The position numbers were made by a program, and so were the translations under genes. Positions 26,943 through 37,743 of a stretch of DNA of 64,000 nt are shown piece after piece. The stretch is taken from NCBI GenBank assembly GCA_964611125.1, contig CAZSZO010000006.1, positions 1 to 64,000 of the forward strand. The letters are read 5' to 3'. The stretch's first letter is position 1; each line of letters starts with the position of its first letter. The notes under the pieces are model-generated. The model searched no databases. It had not been told where the DNA came from and saw only the letters and a list, made by a program, of their open reading frames with translations. The DNA comes from an uncultured Phycisphaeraceae bacterium (GTDB lineage: Bacteria; Planctomycetota; Phycisphaerae; Phycisphaerales; UBA1924).

Positions 26943-28197
26943 GCCCGCCGCCGAGCCCGCCCCGACCGGTCCGAACGCCGCCGCGCCTGAACTGGCGACG
27001 GGTTTGCTCGCCCGCCTGCGCAAGCTGACGGTGCTGGTGGGCGTGGTGCTGATCCTGGCTTGGGCGTTTCAGGTCGCCGGGCTGCATGACAGCCTGAAGC
27101 TCTGGACCAACCGCCAACGGGCCGCGGATTACATCCTGGGCCAGCGCGTCGACGAGACCACCCTCGACCAGCGCCGCGCCGAGGTGCTCCGCGATGTCCG
27201 CACTCAGCTCCAGGCCCGGGCCCGCGCCGACATCGAGGCCGAGCTGGAGGCCAAGGGCGAGACGGCCCCCGGCATGATGGCGCTGATGCGCCTGGCCGAG
27301 CAGCGGGCAGCCGCCGAGATCGCCGCCATGGGCCAGGCCGAGCTCGACCGGCGCGTCGAGGCCCGCCTGGTGGAGCAGGGCTTCCATCAGGGCCGTCGCG
27401 GCGGCTACTTCCCCCCCGAGACCAGCCCGATCGCGATTTTCGGCGATCCCGCCCGCCTCAGCCGCCTCCCCGCGCCGCTCGCCTGGCTGGTCGACCTGTC
27501 GGATCGCGCCGGGCCGCCGGTCGGCCCGGCGGTGCGCTGGACCATCGTCGCCCTGACCGGCGACGGCTACACGGGCGAGCTGCTCGAAACCGTGGCTATT
27601 GCGCTCTGGGGAACACTGATCGCGGTGGTCATCGCGGTGCCGGCGGGGCTGCTGGGGGCGGGGCGCACGCTGCGGCTGATCGCGCCGGGGAGCGCCCTGC
27701 ACCATCAGGCGCTGCGCTGGATCGCCAAGTTCGTCGTGCGCCGGTCATTTGACATCTCGCGCGGGTTCAACGAGATCGTTCTGGCGATGATCTTCGTCGC
27801 GGTGCTCGGGCTGGGGCCGCTGCCGGGCGTGCTGGCCCTGCTCATCCACACCTATGGCGTGCTGGGCAAGGTCTTTTCGGAGGCGATCGAGGCCGCGGAC
27901 AACCGCCCCATCGAGGGGGTTCAGTCGACCGGGGCCGGCTGGTCGCAGGTGATCGCCTTTGCGGTGCTGCCGCAAATCATGCCCTACATCGCGAGCCAGA
28001 GCCTGCTGCGATTTGAGTCCAACGTTCGTGGGGCGACCATCCTTGGCGTGGTCGGGGCCGGTGGAATCGGCCAGATGCTCATGGACAAGTTCGGCGCCTT
28101 CGAGTTCCGCGAAGTGGCGACGATGATGATCATCATCATCGTGGTCGTGACGCTGATCGACTTCGCCTGCGGCCGGGTGATGAAGCGGCTGACGTGA
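26935..28197 (+). CDS. phnE: Phosphonate ABC transporter permease with an N-terminal extension of about 150 aa
   Basis: The C-terminal PhnE signature is ...ESNVRGATILGVVGAGGIGQML. Start MAEPAAEP overlaps the phnD stop. The N-terminal extension is predicted hydrophilic/coiled. Confidence 0.7.
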   Translation: MAEPAAEPAPTGPNAAAPELATGLLARLRKLTVLVGVVLILAWAFQVAGLHDSLKLWTNRQRAADYILGQRVDETTLDQRRAEVLRDVRTQLQARARADIEAELEAKGETAPGMMALMRLAEQRAAAEIAAMGQAELDRRVEARLVEQGFHQGRRGGYFPPETSPIAIFGDPARLSRLPAPLAWLVDLSDRAGPPVGPAVRWTIVALTGDGYTGELLETVAIALWGTLIAVVIAVPAGLLGAGRTLRLIAPGSALHHQALRWIAKFVVRRSFDISRGFNEIVLAMIFVAVLGLGPLPGVLALLIHTYGVLGKVFSEAIEAADNRPIEGVQSTGAGWSQVIAFAVLPQIMPYIASQSLLRFESNVRGATILGVVGAGGIGQMLMDKFGAFEFREVATMMIIIIVVVTLIDFACGRVMKRLT

Positions 28198-28428
28198 CCG
28201 CGCTCGACAACCCCCGAAGACCCCCGCAAACTGATGATTCAAGCCGACCCCACAGGCCTTAGCCCGCGGGGCCGAAAATTGAGGTGCCCGCCATTCGGCG
28301 GCTATTACTAGTAAGCGAAGTTCGCAGGGGGAACTGACTCGGATCGTTCAAACTTCTCCGAAAAAACGCAGAAGCCCGCAATCTGGTGGCATCTCTTTTG
28401 GCCTTCTAGGGCGGTTTCCGCATAGGGC

Positions 28429-30654
28429 CTATTTGTTCAAATCGTTCATGGTAGGGCGGTACTGCACGCCCAACTGATCGAATATGAACGCGTTGATGTC
28501 CACGCTTTCTTCGATTCGCTGGGCCAGCGATGAGCCGATCCCATGACCGGCGTTGGCGCTCGTCCGCAGCAAAAACGTTCCCGCGGGCTGCGCGGCCTGC
28601 AGGCGCGCGATCATCTTGCGGCTCTGCATCGGGTCCACCCGGGGGTCGTTGGCGCCGGTGGTCATCAGCACGGCTGGGTATCGCGTCCCGTCCACCACAT
28701 GGTGGTAGGGCGAATATGCGTACAGAGCCCTGAACTGGGTGGGGTCTGCAACGGTGCCGAACTCCGTGATGTTGAACGCGCCATTGGCTGACAACTCCAC
28801 CCGCAGCATGTCGTAGATCCCGACGTTCGAAACGACGCACTTGCACAGTTCGGGGTGCTGCGTGAGCGTGGCGCCCATCAGCAGGCCGCCGTTGCTGCCG
28901 CCCATGATCGCCAGGCGGTCGGGCCTGGTGTACTTGTTGTCGACCATCCACTGGGCCGCGGCGTAGAAGTCATCGAACACGTTCTGCTTGCTGGTGAGGT
29001 TGCCCTGCCGGTGCCATTCCTGGCCGAACTCGCCGCCGCCACGGATGTTGGCGATGGCGTACACGCCACCCTGCTCGATGAAGACCCGCCGGCGAGGTGA
29101 AAAGGTGGGGGTGATGTTCACGCCGTATCCGCCATACCCCCACACCAGGGCGGGGTTCGAGCCGTCGAGCATGATCCCCTTCTTGCGGATGATGCTGAGG
29201 GGAACCGAGGTTCCGTCCTTGCTGCGGGCGACCTCGCGGACGACCTCGCAATCGCTGAAGTCCGCGGGCGAGGTGGTGAAGAGGGCGCTGCGCTTAAGCT
29301 CGCCGCCGGAGAGCCTGTACCACGCTGGCGGCGTGAGGAACGTTTCGGCCTCGATGAGCAGATCGGCGCCGAACTGCACCAGTCCCCCAACGGTGCAGAT
29401 GGGCGGCAGCTTGGGGCGATCCAGTTCCTTCCCGGTCGTCTCATAAACCCTGAGCTCGTTGGGGCCGCCGGCCTGATGCAGCACGTAGAGCTTGCCCCCC
29501 GCGAACCGCACGCCCTTGCTGGCGAAAAAATCCGTCTCGATGGCGGTGAGGGGGTCCTGGGGGATGAGATCGGTCCACGCTACGCCTTGCTGCACGGCTT
29601 TGAGCGACAGGCGAACGACCTTGCCGCGCGGCGCCGCCTTGCGGCTGACGCCGTAGAGAAAGCCGTCCTCGCCCAGGACGGCCTGGACGATTCCGTCCTC
29701 CCACCTGGAGAGCTGGATCCACTCGGGGCGGGGCCCGCCCTCGACCTTGAGCCAGTGCATGAACTCGCCGCCGTCGCCCTTCTGCACGCTGGCGAGGACA
29801 TAGCCGCCGTCTTTGACGGTTTCGAGGACGATCTCGGCGATCTTGGGGAAGTCCCTGCCGACTTCGTAGCGGTCCTGGGCGGTGGGCTGGCCCAGGGTGT
29901 GGTGGAAGACCTGAACGAAGAAGTCGAGTTCGTCCTTGGGACGTTCGCCCTCGCGCGGGTAGCGGGTGTAGTAGAACGACTTGCTGTCAGCGGCCCAGGC
30001 GAGGGAGCCGCCGGCGGTGCCGCCGTGGGCGCGGGGGATGATGTCGCCGGTGCGCTTGGGGAGCGGCCCGGAGAGGTCGTAGACGTGGACGTCGCCCGAT
30101 TCGCTGCCGCCTTCGGAGAGGGAGACGGCGACGAGCTTGCCGTCGGGAGCGGGAACGAACCAGTCGATGGTGGTGAGGCCCTTGGGGTCGATGATGTTGG
30201 GGTCGACAATCATCGACTCGCGCGAGGGCTGATCGGGCGAGGGCATGACCACCAGCGTGGGCTGCTGCTTGGCGGGCTCGTGCTTGATGGCGAAGACGCG
30301 CCCGCCGGCGACGCTGAGGCCGGTGTATTCAACCGAGCCGCCCGCAAGGAGAAAGCCGATGCGCTCGCGCAGGGCCGGCGCCGCGGGGAGGCGATCGAGG
30401 ATCGCCCGGGCGTGGGCGTTCTGGGCTTCGCTCCAGGCCTTCACGGCGGGGTCGTCGCCGTTCTCGAGCCAGCGGTAGTCGTCGGTGACCACGACGCCGT
30501 GGTAGGTGTCGTTGACGGGCTTCTTGGGGGTGGGCGGGGGCGGCGAGGCGGCGACCGCCGGGGAGAACGCGGCCGCCACGGCGAGCGCCACGGTCAGGCT
30601 GAGGTGCAACGCGAACGCGGGGGTGGCGGTGAGCGCGGAGGCGGGTGAGAACAT
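28429..30654 (-). CDS. Prolyl oligopeptidase family S9A serine peptidase (secreted)
   Basis: Start [31 protein letters not shown] is a signal peptide. It has an N-terminal beta-propeller region and a C-terminal catalytic domain with GGSNGGLL (GxSxGG), a D and an H (AGHG). The 750 codons upstream in the 1495-aa ORF are antisense to the OPT gene. Confidence 0.8.
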   Translation of the reverse strand: MFSPASALTATPAFALHLSLTVALAVAAAFSPAVAASPPPPTPKKPVNDTYHGVVVTDDYRWLENGDDPAVKAWSEAQNAHARAILDRLPAAPALRERIGFLLAGGSVEYTGLSVAGGRVFAIKHEPAKQQPTLVVMPSPDQPSRESMIVDPNIIDPKGLTTIDWFVPAPDGKLVAVSLSEGGSESGDVHVYDLSGPLPKRTGDIIPRAHGGTAGGSLAWAADSKSFYYTRYPREGERPKDELDFFVQVFHHTLGQPTAQDRYEVGRDFPKIAEIVLETVKDGGYVLASVQKGDGGEFMHWLKVEGGPRPEWIQLSRWEDGIVQAVLGEDGFLYGVSRKAAPRGKVVRLSLKAVQQGVAWTDLIPQDPLTAIETDFFASKGVRFAGGKLYVLHQAGGPNELRVYETTGKELDRPKLPPICTVGGLVQFGADLLIEAETFLTPPAWYRLSGGELKRSALFTTSPADFSDCEVVREVARSKDGTSVPLSIIRKKGIMLDGSNPALVWGYGGYGVNITPTFSPRRRVFIEQGGVYAIANIRGGGEFGQEWHRQGNLTSKQNVFDDFYAAAQWMVDNKYTRPDRLAIMGGSNGGLLMGATLTQHPELCKCVVSNVGIYDMLRVELSANGAFNITEFGTVADPTQFRALYAYSPYHHVVDGTRYPAVLMTTGANDPRVDPMQSRKMIARLQAAQPAGTFLLRTSANAGHGIGSSLAQRIEESVDINAFIFDQLGVQYRPTMNDLNK

Positions 30655-30798
30655 GGGGGAGGCTCCTATGCGAAGCAGAGCGTATCGAGAACCGTGCAAT
30701 GAGTGCGCAAAGACCGTAAACTCGCGGACGTCCGGCTGGCCCCGGGGGATGGTGCGCGCGTCCACGCGCTGCGCGAGCGATTGAGTCGAGGAGCATGC

Positions 30799-32793
30799 AT
30801 GCCCGGTGAACAGATTCCCAAGCTGACCCCCGAACAGCTCGCGACGATGACGCCGGAGCAGAAGGACGAGTGGTGGTACCACAACGTCTACCAGGGCGAC
30901 AAGATGCCCCAGCTCACCTGGCGGGCGGTGCTGCTGGGCGGCCTGCTGGGCATGGTGATGTCGGCGGCCAATCTGTATACGTCGCTGCAGATCGGGTGGG
31001 CCTTCGGCATCGCGATCACGGCGTGCGTGCTGAGCTTTGTGATCTGGAACGTCGTGGTGTTCACCTCGCGCGGGCGGGTGAGCCAGATGTCGGTGCTCGA
31101 GAACGCGTGCATGGCTTCCTGCGCCTCGGCGGCGGGGTACTCGACCGGCTCGACGATGGCCACCATGTTCGGGGCGTTCCTGCTGATGACCGAGCCCGGC
31201 CCGGGCCAGACGCTGAAGGATGTGAAGACCTGGGAGGTCATGGACTGGCGGGTGGTGACGGCCTTCACGCTCCTGACGGGTCTGATGGGTGTGTTCCTGG
31301 CGATCCCGCTGAAGCGGCAGATGATCAACCACGAGCAGTTGCCGTTCCCGTCGGGCCTGGCGGCGGCGGAGACGCTCAAGAGCCTCTACAGCCGCAGCGC
31401 CGAGGCGCTGCAGAAGGCGTATGTGCTGGTGGCCGGAATCGGGCTGGGCATGCTGGTGGCGCTCCTGAGGGTGGAGCAGAGCGTGCTGAACCAGATCGGC
31501 TGGCTCAAGGCCGTGATGGGCAAGGCCCCGATCAAGGACCACTTCGAGCTGCCGATCTCCTCCCGGCTCTTCGGCGGGATGCGGCCGACGGAGTTCCAGT
31601 TCGATACCTCGCTGCTGCTGCTGGCGGCGGGGATGATCGTCGGCCTGCGCGTGGCGATCTCGCTCATGGTCAGCTCGCTGCTGCTGTTTTTCGTGGTCGG
31701 GCCGTGGCTGGCGTCGATCGACGCGGCGAATGTCGGCGTGGCGGGGTACATCCCGAGCTTCAAGTCGCCCGCGCCCGGCCTGCTGAACCTGCGCGGCTGG
31801 TCGCTCTGGGGCGGCACATCGGTGATGGTCTTTGCGAGCCTGACGAGCGTGGCCCTGCAGTGGAAGACGCTGGCCCGGGCGTTCATGCGGACCAGCGGCG
31901 GCGGCGGGGTCAGCGAGCGCGGGGCGGAGCTGTCCTCCAAGATGGCCCAGATCGAGGTGCCGGGGTGGTGGATGGTGCTGGGCATGGCGCCGATCACCAT
32001 CGCGATGGTGGTGCTGCAGGTGATCGCCTTCGACGTTTCGTGGTACGCGGGGCTGATCGCGGTGGCGATGTCGTTTGTGCTGGCGATGGTGGCCAGCCGC
32101 GCCACCGGCGAGACCGACACCACCCCCATCGGCGCGATGGGCAAGGTCATGCAGCTCACCTTCGCGCTCTTGGCGCCCAAGAACATCACGGCCAATCTCG
32201 CCTCGGCGGGCATCGCGGCCAACAGCGCCATCGGCGCCGCGGACCTGCTGACGGACCTCAAGACGGGCTACATGCTGGGCGCCAACCCGCGCCGGCAGTT
32301 CATCGCGCAGTTCATCGGCGTCTTCTTCGGCACGCTGGCCATTGTCCCGATCTGGTACCTGATGGTGCCTGATCGCGAGAAGCTGGCGACGTTCGGCCTG
32401 CCCTCGACGCAGGCGTGGGCGGCGGTGGCCAAGGTGCTGGTCAACGGGATCAGCGAGCTGCCCGTGACGGCCCGCTGGGCGATCGTCATCGGCGCCCTGG
32501 TCGGCGTCGTGCTCCCGCTGGTTGAGCGGCTCACGCCCGCGAAGTACAAGCAGTTCACGCCCTCTTCTTCCGCGGTGGGCCTGGCGTGGGTGCTGCCCTT
32601 CTCCAACTGCCTGTCGTGGCTGATCGGCGCGGTGATCGCCATGGTGTGGGCGAAGTTCTCGGCCCGCTCGGCGGACAAGTTCACGATTCCCGTGGCGTCG
32701 GGGGTGATCGCGGGTGAATCGCTGATGGCGGCGGTGCTCTCGATCATCGCGACCATCGGCGGCCTGCTGGCGGTGAAGGCGGCGGGCGGGTGA
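30799..32793 (+). CDS. OPT-family oligopeptide transporter
   Basis: Start MPGEQIPKLTPEQ with GAGGAG 8 nt upstream. The 664-aa protein has about 16 TM segments and is OPT-like (EQKDEWWYHNVYQGD..., NLYTSLQIGW). Confidence 0.8.
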   Translation: MPGEQIPKLTPEQLATMTPEQKDEWWYHNVYQGDKMPQLTWRAVLLGGLLGMVMSAANLYTSLQIGWAFGIAITACVLSFVIWNVVVFTSRGRVSQMSVLENACMASCASAAGYSTGSTMATMFGAFLLMTEPGPGQTLKDVKTWEVMDWRVVTAFTLLTGLMGVFLAIPLKRQMINHEQLPFPSGLAAAETLKSLYSRSAEALQKAYVLVAGIGLGMLVALLRVEQSVLNQIGWLKAVMGKAPIKDHFELPISSRLFGGMRPTEFQFDTSLLLLAAGMIVGLRVAISLMVSSLLLFFVVGPWLASIDAANVGVAGYIPSFKSPAPGLLNLRGWSLWGGTSVMVFASLTSVALQWKTLARAFMRTSGGGGVSERGAELSSKMAQIEVPGWWMVLGMAPITIAMVVLQVIAFDVSWYAGLIAVAMSFVLAMVASRATGETDTTPIGAMGKVMQLTFALLAPKNITANLASAGIAANSAIGAADLLTDLKTGYMLGANPRRQFIAQFIGVFFGTLAIVPIWYLMVPDREKLATFGLPSTQAWAAVAKVLVNGISELPVTARWAIVIGALVGVVLPLVERLTPAKYKQFTPSSSAVGLAWVLPFSNCLSWLIGAVIAMVWAKFSARSADKFTIPVASGVIAGESLMAAVLSIIATIGGLLAVKAAGG

Positions 32794-32878
32794 TCGGCGG
32801 CGGGGGCGGACGGGGGGGGGCTGGTCGGGCAGATCGAAACGGGCATGCCTGGGTGTTTTCGCGTAGGCTCCAATCCCT

Positions 32879-34873
32879 ATGGCCATTCCAACGCTGACCG
32901 AAGAGCAGATCGCCACGTGGACGCCGCAGCAGAAGGACCGCTGGTGGCTTGAGAACGTCTACCGCGGGAACACCGCTCAGCTCACGATCCGCTCCGCGGC
33001 GACGGGCTTCCTGCTGGGCGGGGTGCTGAGCGCGACCAACCTGTATGTGGGCGCCAAGACCGGCATCACGCTGGGCGTGGGCCTCACGTCGGTGATCCTG
33101 GCGTTCGGGATGTTCAAGGTGCTGTCGGCCCTCCGGCTGGCCCGCGACTTCACGATCCTTGAAAACAACACCATGCAGTCGATCGCGACCAGCGCTGGCT
33201 ACATGACGGCGCCGCTGGTGTCGAGCCTGGTCGCGTACATGTGGGCCAAGGACGTGATCGTCCCGTGGCACCAGATCTTCTGGTGGAACGTGGTGCTCTC
33301 GATCATGGGCGTGCTGGTGGCGTTCCCCATGAAGCGGCGGTTCATCAACGATGAGCAGCAGCCCTTCCCCGAGGGGCGGGCCTGCGGCGTGGTGCTTGAC
33401 ACCCTGTACACCGGCTCGGGCGACATCGGCGTGCTGCAGGCCAAGGCCCTGGCGATCGCCGCGGCGGGCACCGCGTTCATCCAGGTGTGCGCGGGCGAGG
33501 CGTACATGAAGCTCTTCTGGCTGCACGCCCTGGGCCGGCAGACCTACTGGTTCCTCAACGAGAGGCTCGAGTCGCTCTTCTTCCGCCTGGCCCCCGCGGG
33601 GAGCGTGGGCCCCACGATCGGCGGGGTGACGTTCAAGGACCTGGCCCTGTGGCCGACGCTCGAGCTGGCGATGCTGGGGACCGGCGGCCTCATGGGCGTG
33701 AAGACGACCAGCAGCCTGCTGGTGGGGATGATCGCGAACTTTGTGATCCTGGCCCCGTGGATGATCGCCATCGGCGACATCAAGGGCAAGGCGAACGCGG
33801 CGGGGGTGCTGACGTTCGGCCGGTCGGAGATCGTCAACCAGTGGTCGATCTGGTGGGGCGTGGGGATCATGGTGGTGGGCTCGCTGGTGGCGCTCTTCGC
33901 CAAGCCCAAGCTGCTGATCCGCGCGTTCACGGGCATGTTCGCCAAGAAGCAGGCGGGCGACGACCTGCTGGCGGATATCGAGCTCCCGTTGTGGGTCTCG
34001 CTGGTGGGGCTGCCGATCTGCGCTGTGATCACGGCGTGGATGGCCCACGAGTGGTACGGAACGCCCTGGTGGATGGCGCTCGTGTGCCTGCCGCTGGTCT
34101 TTGCGCTCTCGCTGATCTGCACCAACGCGATGGCGCTGACATCCTGGACGCCCACGGGGGCGCTCTCGAAGATCAGCCAGTTCACCTTCGGGGCCCTCGA
34201 CCGCACCAACCCGGGCGCGAACCTGATCCCCGCGGGGATCACCGCGGAGGTGGCCAGCAACGCGGCGAACCTGCTCTCGGACATCAAGCCCGGGTACATG
34301 CTGGGGGCCAAGCCGCGCCAGCAGGCGATCGGGCACGTGATCGGGATCATCGCCGGCGCCGCGGCGAGCACGCCGCTGTTCTATGTGCTGTTCTTCAAGA
34401 GCGACCAGGTCGCAGGGCCGGCGCCGGGCTTGCAGGCGGCGATGTCGGCCGATCCGCAGTTCACCTTCCCCGCGGCGCTGCAGTGGAAGGGCGTGGCGGA
34501 CATCATCGCCGGGGGGCTCAACAGGATGTCGCTGTCGGTGCAGCTCTCGCTGATCGCGGCGTGCGTGGTGGCGGTGGCCTTCGAGGTGCTGAAGATCAGG
34601 ACCAAGGGCAAGTGGCCGATCTCGCCGGTGGGGATCGGCCTGGGCGTGGTGCTGCCGCCCGACGCAACGATTGCGATGTGGGTCGGGTCGCTGTTCTTCC
34701 ACTTCATGCACAAGGCGTATGAGCGGCGCAAGGGGACGACGGGGCACACGCTGTGGGTGCTGTCGATGGAGCCGATCTGCGCGGGGATCATCGCAGGAGC
34801 GGCCCTGACGGGCATCGGCGACAAGCTGGTGGACGTCTTCATCCTGCCGCTGCTGGCGCCCGGCGGCAGGTAG
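32879..34873 (+). CDS. OPT-family oligopeptide transporter, tandem paralog
   Basis: 664 aa with a parallel N-terminus MAIPTLTEEQIATWTPQQKDRWWLENVYRGN... and the same TM architecture. Confidence 0.8.
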   Translation: MAIPTLTEEQIATWTPQQKDRWWLENVYRGNTAQLTIRSAATGFLLGGVLSATNLYVGAKTGITLGVGLTSVILAFGMFKVLSALRLARDFTILENNTMQSIATSAGYMTAPLVSSLVAYMWAKDVIVPWHQIFWWNVVLSIMGVLVAFPMKRRFINDEQQPFPEGRACGVVLDTLYTGSGDIGVLQAKALAIAAAGTAFIQVCAGEAYMKLFWLHALGRQTYWFLNERLESLFFRLAPAGSVGPTIGGVTFKDLALWPTLELAMLGTGGLMGVKTTSSLLVGMIANFVILAPWMIAIGDIKGKANAAGVLTFGRSEIVNQWSIWWGVGIMVVGSLVALFAKPKLLIRAFTGMFAKKQAGDDLLADIELPLWVSLVGLPICAVITAWMAHEWYGTPWWMALVCLPLVFALSLICTNAMALTSWTPTGALSKISQFTFGALDRTNPGANLIPAGITAEVASNAANLLSDIKPGYMLGAKPRQQAIGHVIGIIAGAAASTPLFYVLFFKSDQVAGPAPGLQAAMSADPQFTFPAALQWKGVADIIAGGLNRMSLSVQLSLIAACVVAVAFEVLKIRTKGKWPISPVGIGLGVVLPPDATIAMWVGSLFFHFMHKAYERRKGTTGHTLWVLSMEPICAGIIAGAALTGIGDKLVDVFILPLLAPGGR

Positions 34874-34926
34874 CCGCCAGATGAGGCGGGGAGCGCGAAG
34901 GGGCCGGTGGCGGCGCGGGGGGGCGG

Positions 34927-37599
34927 CTACGGGCAGCCGGTGAAGTACGCGCCGATGCCGTCAGCCAGGTCGTCGGGGTTGATGACGCCGTCTTCGTTGA
35001 TGTCGGCCTCGCTGCACGGTTGCGGCTGAAAGAAGCAGGCGATGAGGTCGGCCAGGTCGTCAGGATCGAGGAAGCCGTCGATGTTGAAGTCACCCGGGCA
35101 GCACGAGCTGCGCACGCGGTTATCCACGAGCGACAGCGAGATCAGGTAGCCCGAATCGCCGGCGCCGCCGTCCACGACGGTGAGCAGCCACGAGCCGTCG
35201 AGCGGCTGCCCGGCGAAGTTGGTCAGGCTCTCCGCCGGCAGGCCGCCTGTCAGCGCCGCGGCGGGGCGGTACTCGCCCGGGGGCAGCGTCTGGCTGGTGC
35301 TGAGGCCCTGAGCCGCCGTCCACAGGTCGCCATCAGCGGTATCAGCGAAGGTGTATTCGCCTTCGAGGTTGGCGGGGGCGCCCGGCTCGCCCGGACCGGT
35401 GCGCAGCGGGCGGTTCAGCAGCACGCAGGTGGTGACGCCGTTGGAGAGCGTGACGGTCAGGTCGCCGGCCCAGGAGTGCTGCAACCCCAGGCGGACGCGC
35501 AACCCGCGCGGGCCGATGACGACCCCGGAGTTGCGGATGGTGAAGGGGAACCGCTCGTTGCTGAGGTCGGGGAGGACGTTGGGCAGGACGGGGATGCCGT
35601 TGTAGACCGTGGCGGTCGCCCGTTCGGAGAGAGCGCGGCAGGCGGTGCCGGCGCCGAGCCAGCGGCCGCCCTGAGCCTGGCACTGGGCTTCTGAGGTGAT
35701 GACGCAGGCGGTGTGGTCGCAGCAGGAGCCCAGGGCGGGCTGGAGGACGCTGATCCGGGCGGGGGCGGTGATCACGCCGCCGTCGCTCGAGCGCCCGGTG
35801 AGGGTGATGGTCTGGTCGCCGGGCGGGGTGAGGGGCGAGACGGTGAAGATGAGGCCGAAGATGCCGTCGCCGGCGGCCCCGTCGGCGCTCGCGCCGGAGT
35901 CGAGGAGCGGCGCCTGGGCCGGGCCGCCGACGGCCGCCAGATCGACCGTGAGGGTGGCCCCCGCCGGGGCGGGGCCGTCGCAGCGCGCGAAACGGGCGGT
36001 GAGCGTCATGGAGGCCCCTGGCAGGACCGGCGCACCCGGGGTGAGGGTGAGGTTCTCAAGGAGCAGGCCCGGCGCGGGGGCGGAGGCGGTGGTGCGCGGC
36101 GCGGCGGGGGCCAGCGTCCAGTCGGCGGCGTTGACGCCCGAGTCGATCCCGCCGTCGCAGCGGCGGAGGATGGCGCTGGGGGTGAAGCCGCCCCAGGGGG
36201 CGTTGTCGGCGGGGCCGCCGCCCTCGCGACAGTCGGACGTGCCGCCGCCGACGAGGTCGACGATGCGGTCGGCCGGGGTCGGACACGCGGCCGAGGGCGT
36301 CATCGGCGAGGCGACGATGGCGACCTTGCCGCCGCCGGGGATGAAGGGGCTGATGCCGGCGAAGGCGTCGGCGAGGGGTAGAGGACGGCCCTGGAGGAAT
36401 GGGGGGTCATTGAGCTGGATCAGGTAGTAGCCGCGGGGTTCGATCTGGCCGGAGAGGCTGACACGATCCCAGACGGGTGAGACGGGCGAGGCGAAGAGGA
36501 CGCCATAGCCGGCGAGGTCGACGGTTTCGTCGGAGGCGTTGTGGATCTCGACATAGTCGCTGTTGAAGGCCTCGGCGCTGGTGCCGCCGCCGGCGAAGAC
36601 CTGGCTGACGCGCAACGGTTTGAGCGGCGGCAGCAGGGCGAAGCCCACGGCCTTGGCGTCGGTGCGGCCGCTGGCGTCGCGGGAGGTGACCACCAGGTCG
36701 TAGAGGGCGGGCGGGGCGGCGCCGGCGGTGAGCCGCGCGGAAAAGACCCGGTCCCCGGCGGTCTGGTCGCCATCCTGGCCGTCATCGCGCAGAGCGACCT
36801 GGAAGGGGCCCCCGACGGGCGAAGCGTCGGCGGTGACGGTGACGGCGCCGCTCACGCACGGGGCGATGCGGGCGGTGAGCAGGAAGGTCTGGCCCGCGGG
36901 CGCGGCGGCGGGCGTCACGGTCACCGAGGTGATCTCCGGCGTCGCGACGGGCGGGGGCGAGCCGCTCGAGCGGGGGAGGGCCGGGTCGTAGGGGACGAGT
37001 TCAAAATCGGCCAGGTTCGAGTTGGTGTCGAGCTCGCCGGCGCAGACCCGCACGAGCACGCGGCAGGGCGGCCCGGCGCCGGGTGCGGGTGCGGGCGCGC
37101 CCTCGGCGGCGCTGGCGGCGCCGTAGCCCAGAAAGTCACGCAGGAACGGGCCGGAGGCGCCGATCCGCGGGTCTGAGCCGGTGATGGTGGTCTGGGAGGC
37201 GAGCAGCGCGACCTTGCCGCTGGATGAGAACAGCGGGCTGGCGGCGAAGACCAGATCGGGAAGCGCGTCGGGCAGGACGCCGACGGCGAGCGGCCGCTCG
37301 CACTGGATCAGGAAATAGCCGTGGGGTTGGATGACGGTCCCCGACGGGAAGGGCAGGACCGTCCACGCGGCGCCCGAGCCGGGCGCGAGCTGGAGCGACC
37401 AGCCGGAGACATCGGCGGGCGTGGCGGCGGTGTTGTGCAGCTCGACAAAGTCGAAGCTGGGGCACGAGGCGTTGAGCCCCCCGGCGCCGCAGACCTGGCT
37501 GATGCGGACATCGGCCCGGGCTGGCGCCGGGCCGGCGGGTGAGAACAGCAGAACGGACAGGCCGACCGGCGCGGCGATGAGCGCGGGGCGAAACAGCAT
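34927..37599 (-). CDS. Secreted protein with two lamin-tail-domain (LTD)-like modules, a proprotein-convertase P-domain-like module and the C-terminal double dockerin-like Cys module
   Basis: Signal peptide MLFRPALIAAPVGLSVLLFSPAGPAPARA. The LTD signatures are RISQVCGAGG...FDFVELHNTAATPADVSGWSL and RVSQVFAGGG...DYVEIHNASDETVDLAGYGV. The P-domain-like segment is FTIRNSGVVIGPRGLRVRLGLQHSWAGDLTVTLSNGVTTCVLLNRP. The C-terminal tail is CCPGDFNIDGFLDPDDLADLIACFFQPQPCSEADINEDGVINPDDLADGIGAYFTGCP. Confidence 0.7.
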   Translation of the reverse strand: MLFRPALIAAPVGLSVLLFSPAGPAPARADVRISQVCGAGGLNASCPSFDFVELHNTAATPADVSGWSLQLAPGSGAAWTVLPFPSGTVIQPHGYFLIQCERPLAVGVLPDALPDLVFAASPLFSSSGKVALLASQTTITGSDPRIGASGPFLRDFLGYGAASAAEGAPAPAPGAGPPCRVLVRVCAGELDTNSNLADFELVPYDPALPRSSGSPPPVATPEITSVTVTPAAAPAGQTFLLTARIAPCVSGAVTVTADASPVGGPFQVALRDDGQDGDQTAGDRVFSARLTAGAAPPALYDLVVTSRDASGRTDAKAVGFALLPPLKPLRVSQVFAGGGTSAEAFNSDYVEIHNASDETVDLAGYGVLFASPVSPVWDRVSLSGQIEPRGYYLIQLNDPPFLQGRPLPLADAFAGISPFIPGGGKVAIVASPMTPSAACPTPADRIVDLVGGGTSDCREGGGPADNAPWGGFTPSAILRRCDGGIDSGVNAADWTLAPAAPRTTASAPAPGLLLENLTLTPGAPVLPGASMTLTARFARCDGPAPAGATLTVDLAAVGGPAQAPLLDSGASADGAAGDGIFGLIFTVSPLTPPGDQTITLTGRSSDGGVITAPARISVLQPALGSCCDHTACVITSEAQCQAQGGRWLGAGTACRALSERATATVYNGIPVLPNVLPDLSNERFPFTIRNSGVVIGPRGLRVRLGLQHSWAGDLTVTLSNGVTTCVLLNRPLRTGPGEPGAPANLEGEYTFADTADGDLWTAAQGLSTSQTLPPGEYRPAAALTGGLPAESLTNFAGQPLDGSWLLTVVDGGAGDSGYLISLSLVDNRVRSSCCPGDFNIDGFLDPDDLADLIACFFQPQPCSEADINEDGVINPDDLADGIGAYFTGCP

Positions 37600-37743
37600 G
37601 GCGATTGACCTCTCCCGCCGGGGCGCTGGGGCGGCGCCGCCGGGCCCCGCAGAGCGGAGTCACGGGTCGGAGAGAGGGTAGGCCGCCGGGCCGGACGGGC
37701 GGTGATGTGCTGGCTCTGGTGGAGTCAGAGGGCTCAGGCGGGC

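Noticed and set aside
28429-32916. 1495-aa continuous minus-strand ORF
   Set aside because: Only the 3' 742 codons (28429-30654) encode a coherent protein, the S9A peptidase with its own signal peptide. The upstream 750 codons are Arg/His/Pro-rich nonsense exactly antisense to the OPT transporter gene. This is a stop-free shadow frame caused by GC3 bias.
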